The notes beneath the pieces were generated by a model, which was not told the origin of the DNA, ran no database searches, and saw only the letters and a list, made by a program, of their open reading frames with translations. Positions 34,874 to 43,671 of a DNA stretch of 64,000 nt are shown one piece after another; the stretch's first letter is position 1, and each line of letters opens with the position of its first letter. The DNA comes from a virus, in IMG/VR virus record IMGVR_UViG_3300019487_000005, positions 1 through 64,000 of that record. The stretch is one strand, 5' to 3'. The position numbers were made by a program, and so were the translations under genes.

Positions 34874-35308
34874 GTGGCTGATGTCTCAGAGATTCAAGAG
34901 GCTAAGAAGTGGATTCGCACTGTGCTACTGTCGAACACGGGCATTACTAACGTTGTTTCGTCTCGTATCTATGCTGATCGTGCGCCTAACCCTCTTACGT
35001 TTCCTTTCATCATCTTTAACTACATGGGCGGCCCAGACATCAATGGACTCGGAACGAACAGACAACAAACTCAGCCTTTATTCCAAGTCAGGGTCGTTAC
35101 TGATGGCGCCCCAGACGCCAATGCCAGACTGGTCGAGAAGCGAATCGATGACGTATTGCAGGCCGCTACTCACAGCGCAAGTGGAGACTTTCTGTTTGCC
35201 GCGAGACGAGAGCAGTCCGTGGATCGGGTCGAAGTCGATTCCGAAACAAATCATGTTTACTACAACTTGGGCGGGCTCTATCGCCTGTGGATTCGAAAAA
35301 CACCATGA
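34874..35308 (+). CDS. DUF3168-like tail terminator protein
   Basis: GTG start. IYADRAPNPLTFPFIIFNYMGG. Position supports the call. Confidence 0.55.
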   Translation: MADVSEIQEAKKWIRTVLLSNTGITNVVSSRIYADRAPNPLTFPFIIFNYMGGPDINGLGTNRQQTQPLFQVRVVTDGAPDANARLVEKRIDDVLQAATHSASGDFLFAARREQSVDRVEVDSETNHVYYNLGGLYRLWIRKTP

Positions 35309-35505
35309 ATATTAGAGTAATCCGGGCAGCAGATACAGGGAACGAGTTAGACGAGGTGTTCATCACGAACGATGACCCTTATGTGAACCGGGCGATCTAT
35401 ACCAGGCCGGGAGTTTTTGAAGACGGAGAAATTACCGAGGAAGAGCTTAGCGAGCTTGAAGCGTCCCTGAGTGAGTTACCAGCAGCGGAAACAGAGGAGG
35501 AGTAA
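35305..35505 (+). CDS. hypothetical acidic protein
   Basis: ATGA overlap with the upstream gene. Confidence 0.45.
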   Translation: MNIRVIRAADTGNELDEVFITNDDPYVNRAIYTRPGVFEDGEITEEELSELEASLSELPAAETEEE

Positions 35506-35508
35506 TCA

Positions 35509-36480
35509 ATGGGTCGTGCAACCGTAAACCGAGTCGTGCAGGTAGGTGTTGAGACTACGCCTGGAACAGGCGTGGCCGCTAACAAGAGTCTGCCCAGCAT
35601 GAGCCTGGCGCTCAGCCGCACGATTGAAACCAGAGAATTCCGCTCCCAGGGCTTTAAACCAATTACGGCCCGCCAGATCATCAAAGACTACGGCACAGGG
35701 ACGATGTCCGGGCCGTTGAACTACACGGAGATCATCTACCCTCTGAATACTCTGGTCACAGGTGTGATCACCACGCCTTCAGGTGGTACTGCTTCTCGTG
35801 ATCATACTTTTACGCCAGCGGCGACGGGAGCCGATGCGTTCAAGACATTGACCATCGAGGAAGGTGATGCGACTGCCGCAACCCAGATGGTCTATTCGGT
35901 CTTTACTGAATTTGGACTCACCACAAACCTCGAAACCGCAGAAGTAACAGGTTCGTTAATTGGCCGCACCCCTACCACTGCATCACTCACTGGCTCGCCC
36001 ACGGCTATTGCTTTGCTGGTAACGAATATCCGCGAGGCTGATCTGTTCATGGATTCCACTTTTGCAGGTATTGGGACCACGAAGGTGACAGACGCTAAGG
36101 CAATTTCATTCTCTATTGCGAATAAGCAGGTGCCAAACTGGGTGCTCAATACCTCCAACACTTCATTTAAAGACACGGTGGAAGTGCCTCCAACCCTGAC
36201 GTTTTCGTGGACCACTGAGCACAACGCTCAATCACGAACGTTCTATGATGCGTTGTCAACGAACCCGACTCGCTACTTCCGATTGAAACTTACGGGACCG
36301 ATCATCGAAGGGGCGATTCCTTATAAGTTCCAGTTGGATGTAGGGGCGCAGGTAAACGCCACAGTTCAGGAGGATGTTGATGGCGTGTGGGGTTATCGCT
36401 ATGATTGTGTGCCGCTCTACACTGCCACCTTTCCGGCATCTTGGGCCGTTCAGGTGACTAATACTTTGACAACGTTGTAA
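35509..36480 (+). CDS. major tail (tube) protein
   Basis: 323 aa, sited between the terminator-like gene and the tail chaperones. Confidence 0.6.
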   Translation: MGRATVNRVVQVGVETTPGTGVAANKSLPSMSLALSRTIETREFRSQGFKPITARQIIKDYGTGTMSGPLNYTEIIYPLNTLVTGVITTPSGGTASRDHTFTPAATGADAFKTLTIEEGDATAATQMVYSVFTEFGLTTNLETAEVTGSLIGRTPTTASLTGSPTAIALLVTNIREADLFMDSTFAGIGTTKVTDAKAISFSIANKQVPNWVLNTSNTSFKDTVEVPPTLTFSWTTEHNAQSRTFYDALSTNPTRYFRLKLTGPIIEGAIPYKFQLDVGAQVNATVQEDVDGVWGYRYDCVPLYTATFPASWAVQVTNTLTTL

Positions 36481-36482
36481 AA

Positions 36483-37163
36483 ATGGAACTCTCGAGCCTT
36501 AGTGAGAACATCGTTACGGTTCCTTACACAAGGAACAATCTAACGATCAACATCCAGGTAAACATTGATGCGTTTACGCCTGAATACTTCCGCCAATTAA
36601 CTGAGAAGTGTCAGAACGTGTTTGCCGAAGAGACGCAGCGCATAAAGGAACGGGAAAAAGTCCTCCAGGTACTAAAACCCTGGCAGCCCGCTTCATCATT
36701 TGCGAGTGATGAGCGAATCAGCACGATGGCTGGCCAGTTTAAGGTACTTGTTGCTGGCACGTCTGGCCCAAATGAACCTGCGTGGTTTACCGGGTTATCT
36801 CGCGGGCTGGCTGCTTTGCCTGATGGATCTGTCTTGTGGGTGCCTTATATTCCAGTGGATGGAGGAACATTCACTCGTGAGGCTGAACGGATGGAAATTG
36901 AGCGACAGACGCACGCAGAGATTCTTTCAGGGGTGGTCAAGGATTGGGATGTTACTGAGGATGGTGCCCCATTGAAACCCAGCAAAGAAGTCTTTTTACG
37001 TCTGCCTGTCCGGGTATTGAATGACCTGTGGAACCTATGTTTGGAGGCAGCGCAAACGGTAAAAAAGCCTACAACCGAAGAAACAACTGGGAGCCAGACG
37101 ACATCCGAGACTACCGACGATGGCTCCTCGGCGCTGCGCGTGGTGGGAGGCCAGAGTATGTAG
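36483..37163 (+). CDS. tail assembly chaperone (gpG-like)
   Basis: Lies upstream of the tape measure and contains the slippery site. Confidence 0.7.
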   Translation: MELSSLSENIVTVPYTRNNLTINIQVNIDAFTPEYFRQLTEKCQNVFAEETQRIKEREKVLQVLKPWQPASSFASDERISTMAGQFKVLVAGTSGPNEPAWFTGLSRGLAALPDGSVLWVPYIPVDGGTFTREAERMEIERQTHAEILSGVVKDWDVTEDGAPLKPSKEVFLRLPVRVLNDLWNLCLEAAQTVKKPTTEETTGSQTTSETTDDGSSALRVVGGQSM

Positions 37164-37336
37164 ATGCGCACATGGTGGCCCGCTTTCTGGGCTGTCGGGT
37201 ATGGGAACTGTCACGCGTGCCGATTCACTATCAGGAAGAGGCCCGCGTGATTTTGCAAGCGCAGTATGGGGCTCGAATGCAGATTGCAAAAGACGCTAAA
37301 TGCACTCCAGACAAGGTAGTTTTACCGGAGTTTTAA
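36483..37336 (+). CDS. tail assembly chaperone, -1 frameshift product (gpGT-like)
   Basis: A -1 slip at A_AAA_AAG (37061-37067) joins the frame of ORF 37028..37336. Confidence 0.6.
37061..37067 (+). promoter_or_regulatory. programmed -1 ribosomal frameshift heptamer A_AAA_AAG
   Basis: The zero frame reads GTA AAA AAG. The -1 frame stays open to 37336. Confidence 0.65.
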
Positions 37337-37515
37337 GGAGTGGATGCGTTAAGGAGCGCAGAGATCCCAAAGAAGGCAATGATCAGACTGACTATAACGG
37401 CAATCACGCCGAGTGGTAAGCCTCGGGCACCTTCGCTGCAATAAGCGATTTGAAGTATTTCGAAGGCTTTAAACACGATCAGAAAACATAAAAGAATTCC
37501 GATTAAGGCAAGCAT
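37333..37515 (-). CDS. two-TM small membrane protein (reverse-strand moron)
   Basis: 60 aa, two clear TM helices. It exactly fills the chaperone-TMP gap. No obvious SD. Confidence 0.45.
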   Translation of the reverse strand: MLALIGILLCFLIVFKAFEILQIAYCSEGARGLPLGVIAVIVSLIIAFFGISALLNASTP

Positions 37516-37566
37516 GGAGTGAGATTAAGCCAACGTTAGTTAGTAAGCAATAGACAGGTAAACAAA

Positions 37567-40500
37567 GTGGCAACGGAAATTGGCAGACTGATCGCAGTAT
37601 TTGAGGCTGACACCTCGAAGTTTACGGCTGCTAGTAAACAGGTCGAGGCCTCAATGAAGCAGACCGCAGACTCTGTGAATGTCAGCCAGAAGAAGATCGG
37701 TTCCGGTGAACTGAGTTTGGCCCAACAGTTAAAAGCAGCAGAAAGCTTGCAGAAGCAGAGATCCAAAGCCCTGATCCAGCAGTGGAAAGAACAGGAAAAG
37801 GCGGCTTTGCAAGCCGCGTCGGGTACTAAATCCTTCCGTGAAGTCCTTCAAGATTTATCTAATTCCATTGGGCGGGTTCAAAGTCCTCTGAGTAACATTT
37901 CTGGTCGTGTTACCTCGTTAAACGGCGCGGCGGATGAACTCACCTCCACCATGAGCACGGCGGGAGTGGCTGTTGTTAGCGCAACTGCAGCGATTGTTGC
38001 GGGGGCTGTAGCTGCTGCCGGAGCGATCACTCGGTTAACCCTATCGGCTGCTGAGGCTACCGGCAAGATGCATGATCTTGCTCAGCAAACAGGGTTCTCT
38101 GTAGAGACGCTTTCAGCATTAGGCCATGCGGCTGAGACATCTGGGGGCAGTATTGACACGATCTCAGCGTCTCTAGGCATCTTTCAACGGCACATGGAAG
38201 AGGCCAACCAGGGAAACCAGGAAGCCCAGCGGTTATTTAAAGCTCTGAATATCGATGTGCGTGATAACGAGAAGGCGTTACGAGATGCGTTTTCTATTCT
38301 AAGTAAACTTCCTGCCGGCGCACAGCAAACAGCTTTATCTCTGAAGCTTTTTGGGCGGTCCGGGCGCGAAGTCCAAGCAGTCTTTAAAGAGGCCGGTGCC
38401 GATCTCGATAAGTTTATAGCTACGTTGAGGGATCGAGGGGTCCTAGTAACGACAGAGATGGCTAAGCGCGGCGATGATCTAAGTGACTCGGTTACTAAGT
38501 TGCGCCAAGAGTTTGATGCTCTTAAAAGACAGGTGGGAGAGGAATTCGCTCCGATTATAAGTGAGGCTTTAAGAGAGTTTTCGCGCTGGCTGCGTGACAA
38601 TCAACAAAGTTTGATTGGTACAGCCCGAGAAGTTGGCAATCTGCTAAGAGAGGTAAAAGGGCTGGCAGATTTCATTTATAGCATTAGCCCTTTACGATTA
38701 GAGGTTGAGATAGTGCGGAATATCAAGAATGTTATTCAGGACATTCAGGGCAGTTCCGCACAACCACAAGCCTTTCCCGGGGTACCGGGACCCCCAGCAT
38801 CACCATCTATCTTCGAGCGGTTTAGAGAATCCATTCGCCGCGGACCACGACCTACTGGTTCCCAGGGCGGATTAGAATTCAACATTCGCACAGAGACTCA
38901 GACCAAAGAGCAAGTGGCTGCTATTCGGAAAGCAAACGAAGAGGAAGCCAGGAAAGTCGTAGAGGATCAAAAGAAACTTCAGAAACAGTTGGATAGTTTA
39001 AAACGTCCGGCTGGCGGGGGTGGTCGTGGTGGCAAGAGTCCTGCGGAAGCGATTGCGGAGCAGGCTGTTGCAGTAGCCCGGGTTGAATTACGTGGAGCTG
39101 AAGAAATCTATCGGGAGACATTGGACACTGAGCGCAGATTCTTTGATCAAAGTCTCTCCAGTCTCAGTACTTATTCACAAGCAAGAATCAATGCGGAAAA
39201 CGAAAGGTTCAAAAAAGAGAAGGAAGTGTTTGCGGCGGAACAGGAGCTTATTTCCTCAAGTCGCTTACGCCCGGGTGAGCGAGATGTTAAGCAGAAGGAT
39301 TTAAACCAGCGCATCCAGGCTGCTGAACTCGAGCACGGGCAGCGTTTACGACAAATAGATGATGACACTTATCGCGAGCGACTGGCTAATCAGGAGGACT
39401 TCTTTCGGCGCCAACTTGCCCTGCAGCACTCCTCCTTACAGACTCTGGAGTTGCAGTTGAGACGGGCGGTCGAAAGCGGCGAGAGCTCAGCGGTTGAGGC
39501 GGAGATTACTCGGTTTACGAAACTGCGAGAAATTCAGCAAACCGAAACTAACAGGATTAATGCTCAGCTTACCCAGGTTAGTCCAACCAGTGAGCGGGCG
39601 GCACAACTTCGCGATGACCTAAAACTGCTCCAACAACAAATTGAGAGAGACACAGTCCAGCATTATCAGAATCTTGATACTGCTCGACGCGATGACGTGA
39701 ATTCGGCACAAAGATATTCAGAGGCGATCCAGCGAATCTATACCGATATAGCTTCAATTAACCGAGAGACATTAACTATTGAACTCCAGGCGTTGGAGGA
39801 AAATTCCTTTTTCCGCACTGAAGTGATTCGTCGCAGGGCAGAGCTTGAACGGGCGGCCGAATCGGAACGTTCAAAGATTGCGCTTCAGGAACTTGCTCGC
39901 AGGAAGGAACTCATTCGCGTGGAGATCATGGATGAGTACGAGAAGGCGCGGCAGATTATCGCAATTGATCAGCAGATCGATGCTGAGAAACGCAACAGTG
40001 TCGCAAGACAGGCGGAGATTACACGACGGGCAATCGAGGAAGAACGAGAGAAATGGCGAGAGTTTGGAGAAGATGTGGCAGGAATTATCTCGGCGGGGAT
40101 GCGTGGAGGCCTTCAGGGATTACTTGATGAAGTCAAGAGTGTCTTGGATCAGATCTCTGCGGAATTATTGAAGAGTGCGATTGTTAAATTGATCAATCCC
40201 AATCTTCCTACTCAGGGAAGCCAGGCAGGGGGGATCATCGGGGCGATCACCAACAAGATTCTTGAAAGTATTGGCTTGGGGCCAAAAACTACGCCTCCGG
40301 GAATAATTCGTTCCACTGGTCAAGAAACACGCCCTCGAACCGTAGGGGATGCGCAACAAATTGCCGTGACCAGACAGGTCAGCCAGAGGGTAGATTCCGC
40401 GAGCACGACCATAGTCCAGGCTCAATCGAAACAGACTCTAGAGCTGAATCAAGCTCGTGCAAGTCAAACAAATCAATTAGTTTCCCAGCTCCAGATGATG

Positions 40501-41640
40501 GCAGAGCATATCTGCCAGTGTTCGGCGAAGACTGAATCGCCGGTCAGCGGAATTCTCCAGCGGGCTCTTGGAGGAGTTGCAGACTTGCTCACTCGACCGC
40601 GGCGAGTCGGCGGGCCGACGCTGGACACTAGTGCCACTCGACCGCGCAGAGTGGGCCCTGCTGAGGTTGTAGAGGTGGTGCTGCGTGAAGTTGATACTGG
40701 CGAAGTTCTGCAAGGAGCGTCTGGAGGTGGGGGCACACGCCCTCGACAAGTCTTTACGCAAACAGGAGTAGAGACACGAGAGCGCCGAGTTGAAGACGCG
40801 ATTATTAAAACTGGTGATCGAACGGTGGCGAGCGTTGGGCAATTAGGGCAAACAATGGCCCAGCAACTTCAACTAAATGCTCAGACAATCGTTGCCGGGT
40901 TGACCCCAAAGAGACAGGGATTCTTCAGTGGGTTATTACAAGCGGCATTGGGAGGTGCTGTTTCTGGGCTAACTGCCGGAATTACTGGAGGCTTGTTCGG
41001 TGGGAGTGGAAATCAAGCGGATGAAGGGCCGGCGCAACCTCGGCCTACCACACCTCCCACACTGGGTCAATTCCAGAGACGTGCTAAAGGTGGATCAATC
41101 AAAGCTGGGCAGCCTTATATTGTTGGTGAACGGGGCCAGGAATTATTTGTCTCTAATACTGATGGGCGGATAGTGCCCAATAATCAGGTAAATAATTTCT
41201 ACCAGCAGATTTCTAAGGAAATCACTAAAGAGATTGTTTCTCCCTCTTCAATGCAAGATCGGATGAAGGATCTTCAGCTAAAAGTGTCGATCATGCCTGA
41301 AAGAGAGTCGGGTACTAAAGACATTCGGGAACGAATTGAGAGGTCATTAAAAGAACACGTTGCCGAGCGGATGACTATGGTTCCTTCACGTCAGTATGGC
41401 GGTCCAGTGTCTGCGGGCCAGTTTTATCGAGTTCACGATGAGGAATATTTTAGTCCAGCGCAATCAGGAACAATTTACAACCAGCAACAAATGTCTGAAT
41501 TCAACCAGCGTCCCACAGTAGTTGAACAACACATTACAGTGAATGTTCCGGTGGCAGCGTCTAATAACGTGAGTACACCTAAATCGCGGCGACAGTTAGG
41601 CGATGAAATTGCCTCTGCCTTACAGAACCTGCAACGTTAA
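37567..41640 (+). CDS. tail tape measure protein
   Basis: 1357 aa, long coiled-coil regions, correct position. GTG start. Confidence 0.88.
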   Translation: MATEIGRLIAVFEADTSKFTAASKQVEASMKQTADSVNVSQKKIGSGELSLAQQLKAAESLQKQRSKALIQQWKEQEKAALQAASGTKSFREVLQDLSNSIGRVQSPLSNISGRVTSLNGAADELTSTMSTAGVAVVSATAAIVAGAVAAAGAITRLTLSAAEATGKMHDLAQQTGFSVETLSALGHAAETSGGSIDTISASLGIFQRHMEEANQGNQEAQRLFKALNIDVRDNEKALRDAFSILSKLPAGAQQTALSLKLFGRSGREVQAVFKEAGADLDKFIATLRDRGVLVTTEMAKRGDDLSDSVTKLRQEFDALKRQVGEEFAPIISEALREFSRWLRDNQQSLIGTAREVGNLLREVKGLADFIYSISPLRLEVEIVRNIKNVIQDIQGSSAQPQAFPGVPGPPASPSIFERFRESIRRGPRPTGSQGGLEFNIRTETQTKEQVAAIRKANEEEARKVVEDQKKLQKQLDSLKRPAGGGGRGGKSPAEAIAEQAVAVARVELRGAEEIYRETLDTERRFFDQSLSSLSTYSQARINAENERFKKEKEVFAAEQELISSSRLRPGERDVKQKDLNQRIQAAELEHGQRLRQIDDDTYRERLANQEDFFRRQLALQHSSLQTLELQLRRAVESGESSAVEAEITRFTKLREIQQTETNRINAQLTQVSPTSERAAQLRDDLKLLQQQIERDTVQHYQNLDTARRDDVNSAQRYSEAIQRIYTDIASINRETLTIELQALEENSFFRTEVIRRRAELERAAESERSKIALQELARRKELIRVEIMDEYEKARQIIAIDQQIDAEKRNSVARQAEITRRAIEEEREKWREFGEDVAGIISAGMRGGLQGLLDEVKSVLDQISAELLKSAIVKLINPNLPTQGSQAGGIIGAITNKILESIGLGPKTTPPGIIRSTGQETRPRTVGDAQQIAVTRQVSQRVDSASTTIVQAQSKQTLELNQARASQTNQLVSQLQMMAEHICQCSAKTESPVSGILQRALGGVADLLTRPRRVGGPTLDTSATRPRRVGPAEVVEVVLREVDTGEVLQGASGGGGTRPRQVFTQTGVETRERRVEDAIIKTGDRTVASVGQLGQTMAQQLQLNAQTIVAGLTPKRQGFFSGLLQAALGGAVSGLTAGITGGLFGGSGNQADEGPAQPRPTTPPTLGQFQRRAKGGSIKAGQPYIVGERGQELFVSNTDGRIVPNNQVNNFYQQISKEITKEIVSPSSMQDRMKDLQLKVSIMPERESGTKDIRERIERSLKEHVAERMTMVPSRQYGGPVSAGQFYRVHDEEYFSPAQSGTIYNQQQMSEFNQRPTVVEQHITVNVPVAASNNVSTPKSRRQLGDEIASALQNLQR

Positions 41641-41643
41641 GTC

Positions 41644-42375
41644 ATGCCGATCTCTTATTCATTTGATGAAATTTTCCTGGACCCAAATATCTTTTCTGAC
41701 GGTTCAGCTACAGGCGGGCCACAGTTTGCCAACACCTTTGCGCGAAATCCACAGACAGGAATCAGAAAGATCAACGTAGGAAGATTTGATTTTCAACAAG
41801 TCTGGGATGTGCAGACGGAACTCTTAACGGCTGCTCAATTAGATTACTTTCTTGAGTTCTGGGCTGGGGGATTCGGAAGTGCTTACGGATTCAGGGTGTG
41901 GATACCCGCAGACTTCTATGTGATCAATGAAGTGATTGGGACGGGAACCGGATCGCAGACAGTCTTCAACCTGACAAGAAAATACTTGCGGCCGGGAGCC
42001 AATCATTCATACACGAGAAGGATCATCAAGCCCGTGGTCAATGCTTTACTTGGCGGGAGTTCGGTAACTCTTTACGAAGCAGATGGCGTTACCCAAAGAG
42101 TAATCCCAAGCACAAGGGCAACACCGTTCGGGGTGCCTGCCTTCAGGATCAGAGTGAATAACAGCACGGTGACAAATTACACCGTGGATAACGCCAAAGG
42201 CATAGTGACGTTCTCCTCAGCGCCAACAAGTGGGTATTCGATTGATTGGTCAGGCGAGTACGATACGCCGATGGCCTTCAACACAAATTCCATTCAAATG
42301 AAACCAAAAGTAGGATCAGATATTCAAGGCATCCAACTTATGGAAATCATGCCCGCGGAATTAAATATTACTTGA
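41644..42375 (+). CDS. DUF2460-type distal tail protein (GTA orfg12-like)
   Basis: FDFQQVWDVQTELLTAAQLDYFLEFWAGGFGSAYGFRV. Follows the TMP. Confidence 0.65.
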   Translation: MPISYSFDEIFLDPNIFSDGSATGGPQFANTFARNPQTGIRKINVGRFDFQQVWDVQTELLTAAQLDYFLEFWAGGFGSAYGFRVWIPADFYVINEVIGTGTGSQTVFNLTRKYLRPGANHSYTRRIIKPVVNALLGGSSVTLYEADGVTQRVIPSTRATPFGVPAFRIRVNNSTVTNYTVDNAKGIVTFSSAPTSGYSIDWSGEYDTPMAFNTNSIQMKPKVGSDIQGIQLMEIMPAELNIT

Positions 42376-42388
42376 TTGGGATTACCTT

Positions 42389-43240
42389 ATGCCAAGCGCG
42401 GCCATGCTCAACCATCTCGCCGGTCCCACAACTTTTGTTGTCCCCATCTGGAAAATAGTCTCGGTGGAAAGCGAAACCGCGGCGTTCGCCTCGCACACTA
42501 GAGATCTAGTCTTTAGCGGCACTACCTACAAAGCTGCTCCCGTAGCTCCGACTCAGATCAGCCAAACCCTCGGAGTGCAACAAGCTAATCACGGTGAACT
42601 CTTTGGCGTGTTTGATGACGTGATCTCAGAAGACGAAGTACAGGGCGGCAAGTGGAAGAACGCCTCAATCACCTTTGAGTATATTGTCTACGATCCGGCT
42701 ACCGGGGCGGCGAGCACGATTGTGACTGATTCAGTAGGAAAGCAGAGAGGGCAGGCGGGTCAGTTTACGATCCAGAATGGGACTTTTACGGTGGAGTTTA
42801 AGTCAATTGCTGATCGGCTCCAGCAGGAAATTGGCTCTCTGACTTCTCCAATAGACAGACGCAGGAAGCTCGAGGATTTGGGGATAACCACGACTCCTTA
42901 CATTTTCGCCCGAACGGTTGCTTCAGTAGTGGATCGAAGAAACTTTACAGTCAATGGGACAGCACAGGCGAATGATTATTTTAGGTATGGCCGATGCAAG
43001 TTTACCAGTGGCGCTAATAACAACCTTGAAATGGAGATCAAGGCGAATACAGGGAATACGATAGAGCTTCAATTGCCGATGAGAAGTAATATTTCAAACG
43101 GCGATGGTGTGAGTCTTTATGCCGGGTATGACGGATCGATTGAACAAGCTCGCGATAAATTCCCTGGTTCGGTAGATGGGTTTGATGGTGAACCGGATCT
43201 GCCTGGACTGCTTCAAGGCATATTGAGATACCCGGAATGA
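42389..43240 (+). CDS. DUF2163-type tail protein (GTA orfg13-like)
   Basis: Assigned by position and my recollection of the family. Confidence 0.55.
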   Translation: MPSAAMLNHLAGPTTFVVPIWKIVSVESETAAFASHTRDLVFSGTTYKAAPVAPTQISQTLGVQQANHGELFGVFDDVISEDEVQGGKWKNASITFEYIVYDPATGAASTIVTDSVGKQRGQAGQFTIQNGTFTVEFKSIADRLQQEIGSLTSPIDRRRKLEDLGITTTPYIFARTVASVVDRRNFTVNGTAQANDYFRYGRCKFTSGANNNLEMEIKANTGNTIELQLPMRSNISNGDGVSLYAGYDGSIEQARDKFPGSVDGFDGEPDLPGLLQGILRYPE

Positions 43241-43671
43241 GTGAACTAGCCGAAAAAATAGTTGAAATCGCGAAGACCTGGGAGGGTACCAAATGGCAGC
43301 ACCAGGGCCGCTTAAAGCAGCACGGAGTTGACTGTGCGGGCTTTATCTCCGAAGTGGCCCGGGAATCAGGAATCGATCATTCGCCTATCCCTGCCGACTA
43401 TCATCTAAGAGAAAACGGTTCTGAGATGCTTCGCCTGCTTCAGAATCATATGGAGTTTGTCCCGACAGCAGAAATGCAGGCAGGGGATGTATTGGCTTTC
43501 TGCGATGAAGCCTGCCGGGAACCAAACATTCCGCGACATCTAGCAATCGTGATGGAGATTACCCCTAAGACTACTTACATAATTCATGCCAGCGAGCACG
43601 GAGTTCGTAAGCATAGAATCGACAGCCACTGGCGCCGGCGGATTCACAGCGTATGGAGAGTGCATCAGTAG
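43237..43671 (+). CDS. NlpC/P60-family cell-wall peptidase (tail-associated)
   Basis: WQHQGRLKQHGVDCAGFISEV (catalytic Cys context) ... HLAIVME...IIHAS. Confidence 0.7.
   Translation: MSELAEKIVEIAKTWEGTKWQHQGRLKQHGVDCAGFISEVARESGIDHSPIPADYHLRENGSEMLRLLQNHMEFVPTAEMQAGDVLAFCDEACREPNIPRHLAIVMEITPKTTYIIHASEHGVRKHRIDSHWRRRIHSVWRVHQ

Noticed and set aside
37878-40842. Several 60-138-aa minus-strand and out-of-frame ORFs inside the tape measure gene.
   Set aside because: All are nested in a 1357-aa gene with a coherent coiled-coil frame, so they are probably spurious.
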